NCBI GenBank assembly: GCA_035719105.1
Contig: DASTGN010000003.1
Span: forward strand, 70,979 to 134,978
Origin: Bacteroidales bacterium
GTDB taxonomy: Bacteria > Bacteroidota > Bacteroidia > Bacteroidales > UBA1402
Length of the DNA: 64,000 bases
Direction: 5' to 3'
A program made the translations under genes and the position numbers. The notes beneath the pieces were generated by a model that worked only from the letters and a program-made list of their open reading frames with translations, searched no databases and was not told where the DNA came from. Positions 51,004 through 62,268 of this stretch are shown piece by piece (within the stretch, counting starts at the first letter, position 1; each line of letters starts with the position of its first letter).

Positions 51004-52218
51004 TTACATCGACTTTAACTTCTTGTCCATTTCCTGATATTTGGCATCCATATCCAAATTATAGTAAATTCCTCTCAAAGCTATCACATAGTCGCGTTCG
51101 TTCGGATTCAACTGATACGCTTTTTCAAAATAAGGCAACGGCAATTGGAAACTGGATTTCAACTTAGCCTTCTCTTGTTTGTATTTCTTATCGTCGCGAA
51201 TAGTGTTGATGGCAGTCAAATCTTCAACAGCTTTGTTGTAGTAAATTCGACCCATATTTCCCAATGCTTCAGCAAAATTCGGATCTAAATCAATGGATTG
51301 TTGGTAGCATTTCTTAGCTTCTTCAATATTTGAAGTTTCAAGAAGTCTCCCCTTTACATTCCATAAAACAGCGCCTTTCGGTTCCAAATCAATGGCAGCG
51401 TTAATCCATGTCAACGCTTCATCCATCTTGTTTTGATTGATGTAATAGTTTATCAAACTACGAACATAATACGATTCCTGAGGAAACTTCTGAGTGCCTA
51501 ACTTAAACATTCTGAGCATGTTGGCTGTGTCTTTCAACTGTGAATAATCATCACATAAGCGAGAATAAATCCATTTGGAATCCATCGTATCTTTTACCTT
51601 CTCATAATATTTCACAGCTAATGCGGGCATTTCAGCTTGGGTGGCACAAAGACCGCAATAATATGTAATCAAAGGAATCAAAGTGTCCTTTTCCAAGCCA
51701 AGACCTTGCATCGGAGAGAAATTCGGAAAGCTGATATAGGTATCAAAGAATTTCAAAGCATTTTTATAATCCTTTAATTCATAATAATAAGATCCGCCGT
51801 CTGTAAATCCACGTTGAAGTTCTTTAACCTTCTCAACAATCTTATTGTGGTATTTCGGAGCAATTTTGCCCTTTGCGTTGGGCAATTTATCCAAAGAGTC
51901 TGCACCAAGGTAATATTTCAAAGCATTGTCGATGCTGGAGGCCATCAACGCTCTGTCGCCTTTCTTTTGTGTCCACTCTATTTTTTGTTGATCTGCATAA
52001 ATAGCATTGAAAACATCGCCGGCAACAAACCAGGTTGCTGCGTCATTTTTGGTTGTTGAATCCTTCAAAGCCAATAAAATGGCTTCTTTGGCACCCTTAT
52101 AGTCCGGTTGTTCCGCTTGAAGGATTTTTGCTTTTGCTTTTGCAACATTTTTCTTTTGCGCAAACGAACTCCCTCCTACCAGAAGCAGTGCAGATAGCAA
52201 AAAAATGATCTTTTTCAT
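51004..52218 (-). CDS. Tetratricopeptide-repeat protein, secreted
   Basis: 404 aa with a signal peptide and several TPR-like A/Y/L repeats. It lies immediately downstream of gyrA on the same strand. Confidence 0.7.
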   Translation of the reverse strand: MKKIIFLLSALLLVGGSSFAQKKNVAKAKAKILQAEQPDYKGAKEAILLALKDSTTKNDAATWFVAGDVFNAIYADQQKIEWTQKKGDRALMASSIDNALKYYLGADSLDKLPNAKGKIAPKYHNKIVEKVKELQRGFTDGGSYYYELKDYKNALKFFDTYISFPNFSPMQGLGLEKDTLIPLITYYCGLCATQAEMPALAVKYYEKVKDTMDSKWIYSRLCDDYSQLKDTANMLRMFKLGTQKFPQESYYVRSLINYYINQNKMDEALTWINAAIDLEPKGAVLWNVKGRLLETSNIEEAKKCYQQSIDLDPNFAEALGNMGRIYYNKAVEDLTAINTIRDDKKYKQEKAKLKSSFQLPLPYFEKAYQLNPNERDYVIALRGIYYNLDMDAKYQEMDKKLKSM

Positions 52219-52250
52219 TGTTGTATTTTTAAATGAATAAAATAATTAAG

Positions 52251-54794
52251 TTACTCTTTTTCAGAATCTTGTATTGTATTTTCAAACTTGTTATCGGGTG
52301 ATTCCAACGCGTCGGTCAAAACTTCAGGAATTTCCTCCTCTTCCGATTCCGACACGACCTTGCAAACAGATGCGATTTGATCGTGACGTTTTTCCAAATT
52401 AATTAGACGAACACCTTGAGTGGCACGACCCATGATTCGGAAATCAGAAACTTTCACACGAATCGTAATACCCGATTTGTTAATGATCATCAAATCATTT
52501 TCATCAGTTACGCTTTTGATCGAAACCAATTTACCTGTTTTTTCAGTAATATTCAGTGTCTTAACACCTTTGCCACTACGGTTGGTAACACGGTAATCGT
52601 CAATTTTCGAGCGTTTTCCATAACCCTGTTCAGATACAACCATGATGGATTCTGTTTCAGGATCCTTGATGCAAATCATACCAACGACTTCATCTTGACC
52701 ATCTTCATCCAAGGTCATCCCGCGAACACCAGTGGCTGTACGGCCCATCACACGAACGGCATTTTCATGGAAACGAATGGCTCGACCATTTCGGTTGGCC
52801 ATCAATACCTGAGTGTTGCCATTGGTCATCCGAACACCAATAACCTGGTCATCATCACGAATGGAGATGGCGATCACCCCATTGGCGCGGGGTCTGGAAT
52901 ATTGTTCAAGCAGTGTTTTCTTAACGACACCTTGTTTGGTTGCAAAAATCAAATAATGAGAATTAATGAATTCCTCATCGGTTTGCAAGTTTTTGACACG
53001 AATAAAAGCGTTCACTTTATCATCAGCATCAATATTCAGAAGATTCTGAATGGCTCGTCCCTTCGAATTCTTAGTGCCTTCCGGTATTTCATAAACCTTG
53101 AGCCAGAAACACTTACCCTTTTGTGTAAAGAACATGATGGTATTGTGCATGGAAGCAGGGTAAATGTATTCCACAAAGTCTTCGTCTCTGGTTTCGCTGC
53201 CCTTAGAACCCACTCCACCACGGTTTTGAGAGCGGAACTCACTTAACGGGGTGCGTTTGATATAACCCAAGTAGGAAATCGTAATGATCATTTCATCGTC
53301 GGAATAGAAATCCTCCGGATTGAAATCTTCTGAAGCGTAAATGATTTCCGAACGACGAGCATCACCGTATTTGGCTTTGACTTCTTCGAGCTCTTCTTTA
53401 ACGATGTTCATCCTCATTTCGAGGCTATCCAGCACTTCTTTGAAATAAGCGATTTTCTGCATCAACGCTTCGTACTCGTTGCGCAGTTTGTCCATTTCAA
53501 GTCCAGTAAGCTGACGTAGACGCATTTCGACAATGGCACGAGACTGAATGTCAGAAAGTTCGAATTCGGCCATCAGGCGTTCACGAGCTTCGTCAGGCGA
53601 TTGTGAGGAGCGAATGATAGCGATGACACGATCAATGTTGTCGCAAGCGATGATGAGCCCCTCAAGGATGTGAGCACGCTTTTCTGCTTCGTTCAAGTCA
53701 AATTGGGTACGACGAGTCACCACTTCATGACGGTGATTGACAAAATGCTTGATCATATCCTTGAGATTCAGCATTTTCGGACGACCGTGAACCAAAGCGA
53801 TGTTGTTGACGCTGAACGATGACTGCAGCGCCGTCATTTTATAAAGTTTGTTCAGCAAAACGTTTGAGTTCGCATCTTTCTTGACTTCCACCACAATTCG
53901 CATTCCGTCGCGGTCAGATTCGTCGTTGATGTGATAAATGCCATCAATTTTTTGATCCTTCACCAAATCTGCAATGGCAGTGATGAGTTCTGCTTTATTG
54001 ACCAGATAAGGTATTTCGGTGATGACGATCTTTTCACGGGTTCCGTCATTTTCAATATTGGCTTTGGCACGAATAACCACGCGTCCCCTACCCGTTTCAA
54101 AAGCCTCCTTTACTCCTTGATAACCGTAAATAAAACCACCGGTGGGAAAGTCAGGGGCAATGATGTATTTCATCAATTCCGAAACCTCGATGTCGTTGTT
54201 TTCGATGTAGGCGACCATGCCGTCAACTACCTCCGATAAATTGTGGGGTGGCATATTGGTTGCCATACCGACTGCAATACCGGAAGCACCATTGACCAAT
54301 AAGTTGGGTATGCGGCTTGGAAGAACGGTTGGTTCTTTCAACGTATCGTCAAAATTGAGTTGCATGTCCACCGTATCTTTTTCGATGTCCACTAGCATGT
54401 CTTCGGCAATTTTGCGAAGTCTACTTTCGGTATAACGCATGGCAGCAGGAGAATCACCATCTACCGATCCAAAGTTACCTTGACCATCCACCATGGGATA
54501 ACGCATAGACCATTCCTGAGCCAGACGAACCATCGCAAAGTAAACGGAGGAGTCGCCGTGGGGATGATATTTACCAAGTACGTCCCCTACGATTCTGGCG
54601 GATTTTTTATACGGTTTATCGGAGTTGTTGCCCAATTCGTTCATTCCAAATAAAACCCGGCGATGAACCGGTTTCAAACCGTCCCGCACGTCAGGTAGCG
54701 CGCGCGAAACGATCACAGACATCGAATAATCAATGTAGGAAGATTTCATTTCTTCTTCAATGTTTATTCGAATAATGCGGTCTTGATCAATCAT
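52251..54794 (-). CDS. gyrA: DNA gyrase subunit A
   Basis: 847 aa with the active-site context [10 protein letters not shown], a QRDR-like region and C-terminal beta-pinwheel repeats. Confidence 0.95.
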   Translation of the reverse strand: MIDQDRIIRINIEEEMKSSYIDYSMSVIVSRALPDVRDGLKPVHRRVLFGMNELGNNSDKPYKKSARIVGDVLGKYHPHGDSSVYFAMVRLAQEWSMRYPMVDGQGNFGSVDGDSPAAMRYTESRLRKIAEDMLVDIEKDTVDMQLNFDDTLKEPTVLPSRIPNLLVNGASGIAVGMATNMPPHNLSEVVDGMVAYIENNDIEVSELMKYIIAPDFPTGGFIYGYQGVKEAFETGRGRVVIRAKANIENDGTREKIVITEIPYLVNKAELITAIADLVKDQKIDGIYHINDESDRDGMRIVVEVKKDANSNVLLNKLYKMTALQSSFSVNNIALVHGRPKMLNLKDMIKHFVNHRHEVVTRRTQFDLNEAEKRAHILEGLIIACDNIDRVIAIIRSSQSPDEARERLMAEFELSDIQSRAIVEMRLRQLTGLEMDKLRNEYEALMQKIAYFKEVLDSLEMRMNIVKEELEEVKAKYGDARRSEIIYASEDFNPEDFYSDDEMIITISYLGYIKRTPLSEFRSQNRGGVGSKGSETRDEDFVEYIYPASMHNTIMFFTQKGKCFWLKVYEIPEGTKNSKGRAIQNLLNIDADDKVNAFIRVKNLQTDEEFINSHYLIFATKQGVVKKTLLEQYSRPRANGVIAISIRDDDQVIGVRMTNGNTQVLMANRNGRAIRFHENAVRVMGRTATGVRGMTLDEDGQDEVVGMICIKDPETESIMVVSEQGYGKRSKIDDYRVTNRSGKGVKTLNITEKTGKLVSIKSVTDENDLMIINKSGITIRVKVSDFRIMGRATQGVRLINLEKRHDQIASVCKVVSESEEEEIPEVLTDALESPDNKFENTIQDSEKE

Positions 54795-54962
54795 TTAAAT
54801 ATAACTTTTAAATATAATTTGTTTTTCCAATCGAGAAGGTCTACTTTACTCAAAAAGCATGCTAATGTACAGCTTTTCCCCGATTCCACCAAGGCTTTTA
54901 TTAAATAAATCGGGCTAAAAAACTGACAAATTGTCCTATGGCAAAGTATTTGAAGCGTTGCA

Positions 54963-54993
54963 TTTGAATTCCAATCGGAAATGTTTATTTTTG
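54963..54993 (+). promoter_or_regulatory. Putative promoter for clpC
   Basis: TTTG (54963-54966), a 19-nt spacer, then TATTTTTG (54986-54993), about 110 nt upstream of the clpC ATG. Confidence 0.35.
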
Positions 54994-55102
54994 AAGCGGA
55001 TTCAATAGGTTCAAATTAGTAAACAGCACATTAGCAGGCTTCGGTAAAGCACTTTCCCGACAATTTCAAAAAATACTTTAGCCGAACCACCACTCATAAA
55101 TA

Positions 55103-57640
55103 ATGGATACAGCAAAATTTTCACAAGGCATGCACGACGTCATTGGCTTCAGTTTGGAGGAAGCGCAGCGTTTGGGAAGTGAGACCATCGCTCCTGAGCA
55201 TTTGTTGCTTGGAATCCTGCGCGAACGAGATAGCAAAGCCATCCTGCATTTGTCCAGACTAAATATCAATATTCAACGCGTCAAGCATTCCATTGAAGCC
55301 AGGACCATTCGAAAAGAAACCCCAAACTTCAATGCAGATATCCCTTTGGATAAAACGGCGGAACGAGTTCTCAAAATGGTTTTGTTAGAAGTTAAGTCAT
55401 TGGAATCAAGGGGCTTTAATTGCAGGGAAATTGATACGGAACATTTATTGCTTGCCTTGATGAAGGAAAACAACAATCTGGCTTCGGACGTTCTTAAAGA
55501 AGAGGGACTTGAATGGGTGAAGCTGCAGGATAGCATAGTCGGTTCCCCTACTCCCTCCGCAGGCCCTGGTTTTACCGAGTTCAACGAAGACGATGATGAT
55601 ACCATGGATGGTGGAAACGACCAACAAGGCGCTCCCAGCCAGTCTAAGACCAAAACAGCGCAAGGTGGAGCAGATACTCCGGCATTGGATAATTTCGGCA
55701 ATGACATGACCAAAGCGGCCTTAGAAGGTCGTTTGGATCCCGTAGTGGGTCGTGAGGACGAGATTTTGCGTCTCGCTCAGATTCTGAGCCGTCGAAAAAA
55801 GAACAATCCGGTGTTGATCGGTGAACCTGGTGTGGGTAAATCTGCTATTGTCGAAGGGCTCGCACTCCGCATTGTCCAACGAAAAGTTTCCCGCATTTTG
55901 TTTGACAAGCGCGTTATATCCCTCGATTTAGCCTCGATGGTTGCCGGAACCAAATACCGTGGTCAGTTTGAGGAACGTATGAAAGCCATTCTCAATGAAT
56001 TACAGAAAAATCCGAACATCATTCTCTTTATAGATGAGATTCACACCATTGTTGGTGCAGGTAATGCAAGTGGATCAATGGATGCAGCCAACATGCTGAA
56101 ACCAGCCCTTTCCAGAGGTGAAATCCAATGCATTGGAGCAACCACGCTCGACGAATACCGCAAAAGTATTGAAAAGGATGGTGCTCTGGAACGTCGATTT
56201 CAGAAGATTATCGTAGAACCGACTACTCCTGAAGAAACGCTGCAAATCCTTCGCAACATAAAAGACAGATACGAGGAACACCATCACGTCACGTATACTG
56301 ACGAAGCCCTGGAAGCTTGTGTGAAGCTAACCAAACGCTATGTTTCGGATCGAAACTTCCCCGACAAGGCCATTGATGCCATGGACGAAGCCGGTTCCCG
56401 CGTGCACCTTTCCAATATCGTCGTACCTGCTGAATTTGAGGCGCTTGAAAGAGAAATTGATGAGTGCAACCGTCAGAAAATGGAAGCTGTCAATTCTCAA
56501 AACTTTGAACTGGCTGCCAATTGTCGCGACGAAGGCAAGCAAAAAAGTGAAAAACTGGCTTTGATGAAAGCTGAGTGGGCAAACGGTGCCGACTTGGAGC
56601 GTCAACCGGTGGACGCAGAGAAAATAGCCGAAGTGGTTGCGGTCATGACAGGGGTTCCACTTCAACGAATAGCTCAAGAAGAGAGTGATAAGCTCCTGAA
56701 AATGAGATATGAAATCAAAAAGAAAATCATCGGTCAAGACAAGGCTGTCGATTCTGTCGTCAAGGCTATTCAGCGCAACAGAGTCGGCCTGAAAGACCCG
56801 AATCGCCCCATCGGTGCATTCTTATTTGTAGGCCCTACCGGTGTTGGTAAAACGCATCTTGCCAAATTGCTTTCTGAAGCGATGTTTGATAGCAAAGACG
56901 CTTTACTTCGCATCGATATGAGTGAATTCATGGAAAAATTCACGGTATCGCGTTTGGTTGGAGCCCCTCCCGGATATGTGGGCTATGAAGAAGGTGGCCA
57001 ACTTACCGAAAAGGTTCGTCGCAAACCTTATTCTGTTATCTTGCTCGACGAAATTGAAAAAGCTCATCCAGACGTGTTCAACCTGCTGTTGCAAGTCATG
57101 GACGAAGGCCGTCTGACCGATAGCTTGGGTCGCATCATCGATTTCAAGAATTCCATTTTGATCATGACCTCCAATGTAGGAACTCGACAGTTGAAGGAGT
57201 TCGGCAAAGGAGTCGGCTTCACCCCTCCAGGGCAAGTTGGAAATCTCGAATATACGAAAGGAGTCATTCAAAAGGCATTGAGCAAAACCTTTGCACCGGA
57301 ATTTCTGAACCGAATCGACGATGTCATCCAGTTCGATCAACTTTCCAAAGAATCAATTTTGCAAATCATTGAATTAGAGCTTGTTTCCTTCCATAAACGA
57401 GTGGAAGACCTGGGCTATTTGTTAAGCGTTACCCCAGAGGCCAAAACGTTTATTTCGACCGAAGGTTACGATGTTCAATTTGGCGCCCGACCTTTGAAAA
57501 GAGCCATCCAAAAATACCTGGAGGACGAATTGGCTGAACTCATCTTAGGTGGTACGCTCAAACAAGGAGATCGGATAACCCTCGATTACAGCGCTGAAAC
57601 AAAAAGCATGGTTCGAATGATCAATGATCAAACAGTTTAA
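55103..57640 (+). CDS. clpC: ATP-dependent Clp protease ATP-binding subunit (ClpC-type AAA+ chaperone)
   Basis: 845 aa with Clp_N repeats and two Walker A motifs ([18 protein letters not shown]). A UVR-like motif ([10 protein letters not shown]) lies between the modules. Confidence 0.88.
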   Translation: MDTAKFSQGMHDVIGFSLEEAQRLGSETIAPEHLLLGILRERDSKAILHLSRLNINIQRVKHSIEARTIRKETPNFNADIPLDKTAERVLKMVLLEVKSLESRGFNCREIDTEHLLLALMKENNNLASDVLKEEGLEWVKLQDSIVGSPTPSAGPGFTEFNEDDDDTMDGGNDQQGAPSQSKTKTAQGGADTPALDNFGNDMTKAALEGRLDPVVGREDEILRLAQILSRRKKNNPVLIGEPGVGKSAIVEGLALRIVQRKVSRILFDKRVISLDLASMVAGTKYRGQFEERMKAILNELQKNPNIILFIDEIHTIVGAGNASGSMDAANMLKPALSRGEIQCIGATTLDEYRKSIEKDGALERRFQKIIVEPTTPEETLQILRNIKDRYEEHHHVTYTDEALEACVKLTKRYVSDRNFPDKAIDAMDEAGSRVHLSNIVVPAEFEALEREIDECNRQKMEAVNSQNFELAANCRDEGKQKSEKLALMKAEWANGADLERQPVDAEKIAEVVAVMTGVPLQRIAQEESDKLLKMRYEIKKKIIGQDKAVDSVVKAIQRNRVGLKDPNRPIGAFLFVGPTGVGKTHLAKLLSEAMFDSKDALLRIDMSEFMEKFTVSRLVGAPPGYVGYEEGGQLTEKVRRKPYSVILLDEIEKAHPDVFNLLLQVMDEGRLTDSLGRIIDFKNSILIMTSNVGTRQLKEFGKGVGFTPPGQVGNLEYTKGVIQKALSKTFAPEFLNRIDDVIQFDQLSKESILQIIELELVSFHKRVEDLGYLLSVTPEAKTFISTEGYDVQFGARPLKRAIQKYLEDELAELILGGTLKQGDRITLDYSAETKSMVRMINDQTV

Positions 57641-57681
57641 ACTGTCAGTATTGTCAGTATAAATTTTAAATAATGAAAAAA

Positions 57682-57711
57682 TGTCAGACCCCCTGTTCTG
57701 GCATTTTTTTT
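57682..57711 (+). terminator. Intrinsic terminator after clpC
   Basis: A 7-bp stem pairs tgtcaga (57682-57688) with tctggca (57697-57703), followed by T8 (57704-57711). It lies inside the 5' extension of the track ORF 57673, which argues for the later htpG start. Confidence 0.6.
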
Positions 57712-57750
57712 GTCCATAGAATCACACCAATCATCACTAAAAATAAAGAC

Positions 57751-59607
57751 ATGCAAAAAGGAAACATTGGGGTAACAACCGACAACATTTTCCCCGTCAT
57801 CAAGAAATTCTTGTACAGCGACCACGAAATCTTCCTCCGTGAAGTGGTTTCAAATGCCGTCGATGCTAGCCAAAAGCTTAAGACATACGCCTCCGTAGGT
57901 GAATTCAAAGGTGAAATCGGAGACCTGAAGGTGCAGATTTCAATTGATTCAGAAGCTAAAACATTGACGATCTCAGACAATGGAATCGGAATGACCGCCG
58001 AAGAAATCGAAAAATACATCAATCAAATCGCATTTTCTGGAGCAGAAGAATTTCTGGAAAAATACAAAAACGACGCCAACGCCATTATTGGTCATTTCGG
58101 CTTAGGTTTCTACTCCACTTTCATGGTTTCAAAGCAAGTGGATATCGTTACCAAGTCGTTCAGAGACAGTGCTGAAGCCGTAAAATGGAGTTGCGACGGT
58201 TCACCCGAATATACCCTTGAAACCATCGAAAAAGCGGAACGTGGCACAGACATCGTGCTCCATATCGATGATGACAACCAGGATTTCTTGAAGGAAAGCA
58301 AAATCAGTGAGCTCCTGAACAAGTATTGCAAATTCTTGCCAGTTCCCATCGTTTTCGGAAAGAAAAAAGAATGGAAAGAAGACAAGTATGTAGAAACCGA
58401 CGAAGACAATCAAATCAACGACATCAAACCCGCTTGGACGCGCAAACCTGCTGAATTGTCAGAGGAAGATTATTTGAAGTTCTACAAGGATCTGTATCCC
58501 ATGAGCGAAGATCCCTTGTTTCACATCCATTTGAATGTGGACTATCCCTTCAACTTAACAGGTATTCTTTATTTCCCAAAACTTAAAAACAGTGTTGAGA
58601 TTCAGAAGAATAAGATTCAACTGTATTGCAACCAAGTTTATGTAACTGATTCCGTGGAAGGTATCGTTCCTGAATTCCTGACCTTGCTACACGGAGTCAT
58701 TGACTCACCAGACATTCCCCTGAACGTTTCTCGCTCCTATTTGCAAAGCGATTCCAATGTCAAAAAAATATCCAGCCATATAACCAAGAAAGTCGGCGAC
58801 CGCTTGATGGAGATATTCAAGGCCGATCGTGCCCAATTCGAAGCAAAATGGAACGATTTGAAAATTTTCATCCAATATGGCATCCTGACTGAAGATAAAT
58901 TCTGGGAAAAGGCAGAAAAGTTCACACTGCTTAAGAATGTGGACGACAAGTGCTTCACCATCGAAGAATATAAAACACTTATTACTGAAAATCAGACCGA
59001 TAAAGATGGTAAACTCGTTTTCTTGTACACTTCCGACAAGGATGGACAACATGCTTATGTTGAAGCAGCCAGAGCGAAGGGTTACGATGTGCTGTTGATG
59101 GATGGTCAGTTGGACGTGCACATTGTCAGCAAGCTCGAGCAGCACATTGACAAAAGCAGCTTTGTGCGGGTGGACAGCGATGTTGTCGACAATCTCATCC
59201 TAAAACAGGAAAAACCAGCGATTTCGCTAAGTGAAACCGAACAGGAAACCCTGAAAACGTTGTTCAACGGTCAACTCCCGACCATGGAAAAGACGGAATT
59301 CAAGGTGCAATTGGAGAACCTCGGTGAAACTGGTTTCCCGGTTATGGTAACGTTGAATGAATTTATGCGACGCATGCAAGAAATGGCCGCGTTGAATCCA
59401 GGTATGAACTTCTATGGAGAAATGCCTACCAGTTACTCCTTGGTCGTGAATACCGACCATCCTTTGGTTAAAAAATTCCTGACCGAAGATGCCACCAACA
59501 GCGATAAAGCCAAACAGCTTATTGACTTAGCACTTCTGTCGAATGGGCTACTCAAGGGTGAAGCACTTACCAACTTTGTTAAAAGAAGCGTGGATTTGAT
59601 TGATTGA
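57751..59607 (+). CDS. htpG: Molecular chaperone HtpG (Hsp90)
   Basis: The start is ATG 57751 (MQKGNIGVTTDNIFPVIKKFLYSDHEIFLREVVSNAVDA). GHKL ATPase motifs are present. Confidence 0.92.
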   Translation: MQKGNIGVTTDNIFPVIKKFLYSDHEIFLREVVSNAVDASQKLKTYASVGEFKGEIGDLKVQISIDSEAKTLTISDNGIGMTAEEIEKYINQIAFSGAEEFLEKYKNDANAIIGHFGLGFYSTFMVSKQVDIVTKSFRDSAEAVKWSCDGSPEYTLETIEKAERGTDIVLHIDDDNQDFLKESKISELLNKYCKFLPVPIVFGKKKEWKEDKYVETDEDNQINDIKPAWTRKPAELSEEDYLKFYKDLYPMSEDPLFHIHLNVDYPFNLTGILYFPKLKNSVEIQKNKIQLYCNQVYVTDSVEGIVPEFLTLLHGVIDSPDIPLNVSRSYLQSDSNVKKISSHITKKVGDRLMEIFKADRAQFEAKWNDLKIFIQYGILTEDKFWEKAEKFTLLKNVDDKCFTIEEYKTLITENQTDKDGKLVFLYTSDKDGQHAYVEAARAKGYDVLLMDGQLDVHIVSKLEQHIDKSSFVRVDSDVVDNLILKQEKPAISLSETEQETLKTLFNGQLPTMEKTEFKVQLENLGETGFPVMVTLNEFMRRMQEMAALNPGMNFYGEMPTSYSLVVNTDHPLVKKFLTEDATNSDKAKQLIDLALLSNGLLKGEALTNFVKRSVDLID

Positions 59608-59670
59608 ATGAACCTTGGGAATACAAATCAAAGGATTAATGTATCTTTGACTACGTATTCCGATAATATA

Positions 59671-59710
59671 AAGTGCTTCGGAGTATTTACTACACTGAAG
59701 CACTTTTTTT
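59671..59710 (+). terminator. Intrinsic terminator after htpG
   Basis: aagtgcttc (59671-59679) pairs with gaagcactt (59697-59705). A T-run follows to 59710. Confidence 0.55.
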
Positions 59711-59722
59711 ATGTTATAGACT

Positions 59723-62020
59723 ATGAAAAGATTGTTGGTTTTCTTTCTTGTTTTTGCGCAGTTGCAAGCTGCCTCTGCCCAAAAAATTGGTTTGGTGCTG
59801 AGTGGTGGCGGAGCCAAGGGCATTGCTCATATTGGTTTGCTGCAAGCGTTGGAAGAAAACGGCATTCCAATTGATTACATCACCGGAACGTCCATCGGTG
59901 CTGTGATTGGCGGCTTATATGCCATGGGATATTCCCCTGCCGAAATGCTGGAACTCGTCAAATCGAAGGAATTCACGAATTGGAAAGATGGTACAGTTGA
60001 GAATCAATACAATGACTTCTTCAGAAGACCAGATCCCACTCCTGAAATATTAGTGACCTCCATTTCGTTGAGAGATTCCATCATTAATCCCAAAAAGCTG
60101 TTGCCCAACAGTTTACTTAATCCAATTCAGTTGAATTATGCTTTTTTGAAACTTTGTACGCAGGCAACTGGTCAATGTCAGGGTAATTTCGATCGGTTGT
60201 TCGTACCCTTCCGAAGCGTAGCCTCCAACGTCTATAGTCGCAAATCGTATGTTTTTAGAAATGGAGATTTGGGCGATGCCATACGAGCCTCCATGACTTT
60301 TCCTTTTGTTTTCAAAGCGATTAAAGTAAATGGTGTCCTCCTATACGATGGGGCTATATATAACAATTACCCGGTCAATGTGATGAAAAGCGACTTCCAT
60401 CCCGATCTAATGATTGGATGCGTGGTGGACAATCTGGACAAGATGCCCGATGATTACGACATGATGGGGCAATTGAAGAATATGATTTTGCACTCCACGA
60501 CGGATTCCATTTCGCCCGGAATGGGTATTCAATTGAATCTGAACCTCGATGAGGTCGCCTTATTGGATTTCAACCAAGTGGATGCCGCATACAGAATCGG
60601 ATATGTTGGTGCTTTGGAAAAAATGGATTCCATCAAAAATATGATTTCCAGACGTGTCGATCCTTTTGCACTCCAGTTAAAACGTTTTTATTTTAAAAGT
60701 CAAGCTCCTGGATTGCGTTTTAAAGAGATCCAAATCAATGGTGTTACCGATGTTCAGCGAGACTTTCTGTTCAGTGTTCTCGATCAGGACGGAAGTAAAT
60801 ACTTTACTTTGGAAGATTTTAAGGTGGCATATTTTAAAATGCTGGAGAACAGCAAGATAAAAGAAATAATTCCACATGCTGTATACCAGGAAGCCGATCA
60901 ATCCTTTAAACTTATTTTGGATGTGGAAATGGACGATAACATCAATATTGCCATTGGAGCCAACATCTCCTCTTCCGTTTCCAACCAATTGTATTTGGGG
61001 GTCAATTATCAGATTTTGAATGATTATTCTCAACTTTATTCAGCCGATACCTATATGGGTAAGTTTCTGAATGCTTTTACATTGACCTCGCGATTTAATT
61101 TCAACGGTAAAAAATTGCCCCAATATTTGGCGTTGCAGTTTTCCACCCAGTATTACAACTATTTTCAAGATGAAAAGCTGTTTTATCAAAACAGCCTGCC
61201 TGCCTTTGTCAATCAATTGGAAACCTTTCTAAAGTTCCGTTATGGATTTCCACTGCATAAAAACGGCAAAGTCGAATGGTCCTTAGGTGGTGCGTATATG
61301 CTTGATACGTACGTTCAAAACCAGTTAAGTTCTGTAACGTCAAACTCTTACGACAAGAGCATGTACGGTTTTGGTTCCTTTACCATGCGGTATGAACAAA
61401 ATACCTTGGACAACAAACAATACGCAACTTCCGGGAAGCGTGCCTTTGCCATCGGGCAGTTCATTTCGGGTATCGAGCGTTATCAATATGGAGATACGAC
61501 CAATCACATCGTCAAGGCTGCAAACTCACTGAACTATTTTCAATTTTCAGGGGGTTATGAATTTTACCATCCAATTAGTAATCAATTCATTCTGGGTGCA
61601 AAAGGCGAATTTCTTTTCAACAACAAACGAATTCTCGACAATTATACTTCCAGCATTATACAAGCCCCTGCCTTTACACCAACACCACACAGCATGACCA
61701 GCTTCAACGAAGCCTTTCGGTCCAATCAATATGTGGGAGTCGGTATTTTACCTATTTGGAACATCCGTCCTTCTCTGTCGCTTCGTGGTGAGTTTTATGG
61801 ATTTTTTCCAATACAAACACTGTATGACGGTCCAAATGGCTTGGCCTTCAAGGAATCCTCCTGGTCACACGTTCAAAACTTGTCAGAAGTGGCATTGGTG
61901 TATCGTTTGCCCATAACCAACATCAGTATGTATCTGAATCGATACAGTTTTCCAAAAGGAAATTGGAATTTTGGAGTGAATTTAGGATTTCTGCTTTTCC
62001 CCAAAAAATTCATCGAATAG
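59723..62020 (+). CDS. Patatin-like phospholipase family protein with an Omp85/surface-antigen-like C-terminal domain
   Basis: 765 aa with a signal peptide, oxyanion motif SGGGAKG, nucleophile motif GTSIG and a DGA motif (YDGAIYNN). The C-terminal half is long and beta-rich. Confidence 0.85.
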   Translation: MKRLLVFFLVFAQLQAASAQKIGLVLSGGGAKGIAHIGLLQALEENGIPIDYITGTSIGAVIGGLYAMGYSPAEMLELVKSKEFTNWKDGTVENQYNDFFRRPDPTPEILVTSISLRDSIINPKKLLPNSLLNPIQLNYAFLKLCTQATGQCQGNFDRLFVPFRSVASNVYSRKSYVFRNGDLGDAIRASMTFPFVFKAIKVNGVLLYDGAIYNNYPVNVMKSDFHPDLMIGCVVDNLDKMPDDYDMMGQLKNMILHSTTDSISPGMGIQLNLNLDEVALLDFNQVDAAYRIGYVGALEKMDSIKNMISRRVDPFALQLKRFYFKSQAPGLRFKEIQINGVTDVQRDFLFSVLDQDGSKYFTLEDFKVAYFKMLENSKIKEIIPHAVYQEADQSFKLILDVEMDDNINIAIGANISSSVSNQLYLGVNYQILNDYSQLYSADTYMGKFLNAFTLTSRFNFNGKKLPQYLALQFSTQYYNYFQDEKLFYQNSLPAFVNQLETFLKFRYGFPLHKNGKVEWSLGGAYMLDTYVQNQLSSVTSNSYDKSMYGFGSFTMRYEQNTLDNKQYATSGKRAFAIGQFISGIERYQYGDTTNHIVKAANSLNYFQFSGGYEFYHPISNQFILGAKGEFLFNNKRILDNYTSSIIQAPAFTPTPHSMTSFNEAFRSNQYVGVGILPIWNIRPSLSLRGEFYGFFPIQTLYDGPNGLAFKESSWSHVQNLSEVALVYRLPITNISMYLNRYSFPKGNWNFGVNLGFLLFPKKFIE

Positions 62021-62035
62021 TCTGTAAATGAAAAT

Positions 62036-62060
62036 CCCTCCTGTTTCATAAACAGAAGGG
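62036..62060. terminator. Hairpin between the patatin-like gene and tRNA-Arg (shared terminator candidate)
   Basis: ccctcctgttt (62036-62046) pairs with aaacagaaggg (62050-62060) at 10 of 11 positions, with a 3-nt loop. Confidence 0.5.
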
Positions 62061-62081
62061 ATAGTTCGGCTTTTTACTAAG

Positions 62082-62155
62082 TGACCACGATAGGATTCAA
62101 ACCTATAACCTTCTGATCCGTAGTCAGATGCTCTATTCAGTTGAGCTACGTAGCC
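62082..62155 (-). tRNA. tRNA-Arg (anticodon ACG)
   Basis: The reverse complement folds as a cloverleaf: GGCTACG TA GCTC AACTGAATA GAGC A TCTGA CTACGGA TCAGA AGGTT ATAGG TTTGAAT CCTAT CGTGGTC A. It is 74 nt and CCA is not encoded. Confidence 0.85.
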
Positions 62156-62173
62156 ATTGCGTTATTGCGAGTG

Positions 62174-62203
62174 CAAATATAGCGTGTTTTGGCGAATTGA
62201 CAA
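62174..62203 (-). promoter_or_regulatory. Putative promoter for tRNA-Arg
   Basis: On the minus strand: TTG (62203-62201), a 19-nt spacer, then TATATTTG (62181-62174). The motif ends 19 nt upstream of the mature tRNA 5' end. Confidence 0.35.
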
Positions 62204-62268
62204 ACCCTGGGAGTGATTTTTTTGATAATTTTTGCTTATGTTCGCTTAACAACTCAATATCAACAGGT

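Noticed and set aside
55538-55681. An acidic, low-complexity insert (…[30 protein letters not shown]…) between the Clp_N domain and the first AAA+ module of ClpC.
   Set aside because: Flexible linkers at this position are common in Clp/Hsp100 proteins. Nothing indicates an inserted element or a frameshift.
57673-57750. A 26-codon N-terminal extension of htpG (track ORF start 57673). Similar extensions occur on proS, the FabH-like gene, the CDP-alcohol transferase, dnaB, the SDR, the DEAD-box helicase and the FMN reductase.
   Set aside because: Each extension begins at a non-ATG codon or runs through terminator or intergenic sequence; the clpC terminator at 57682-57711 lies inside the htpG extension. 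In each case an internal ATG gives the family-typical N-terminus.
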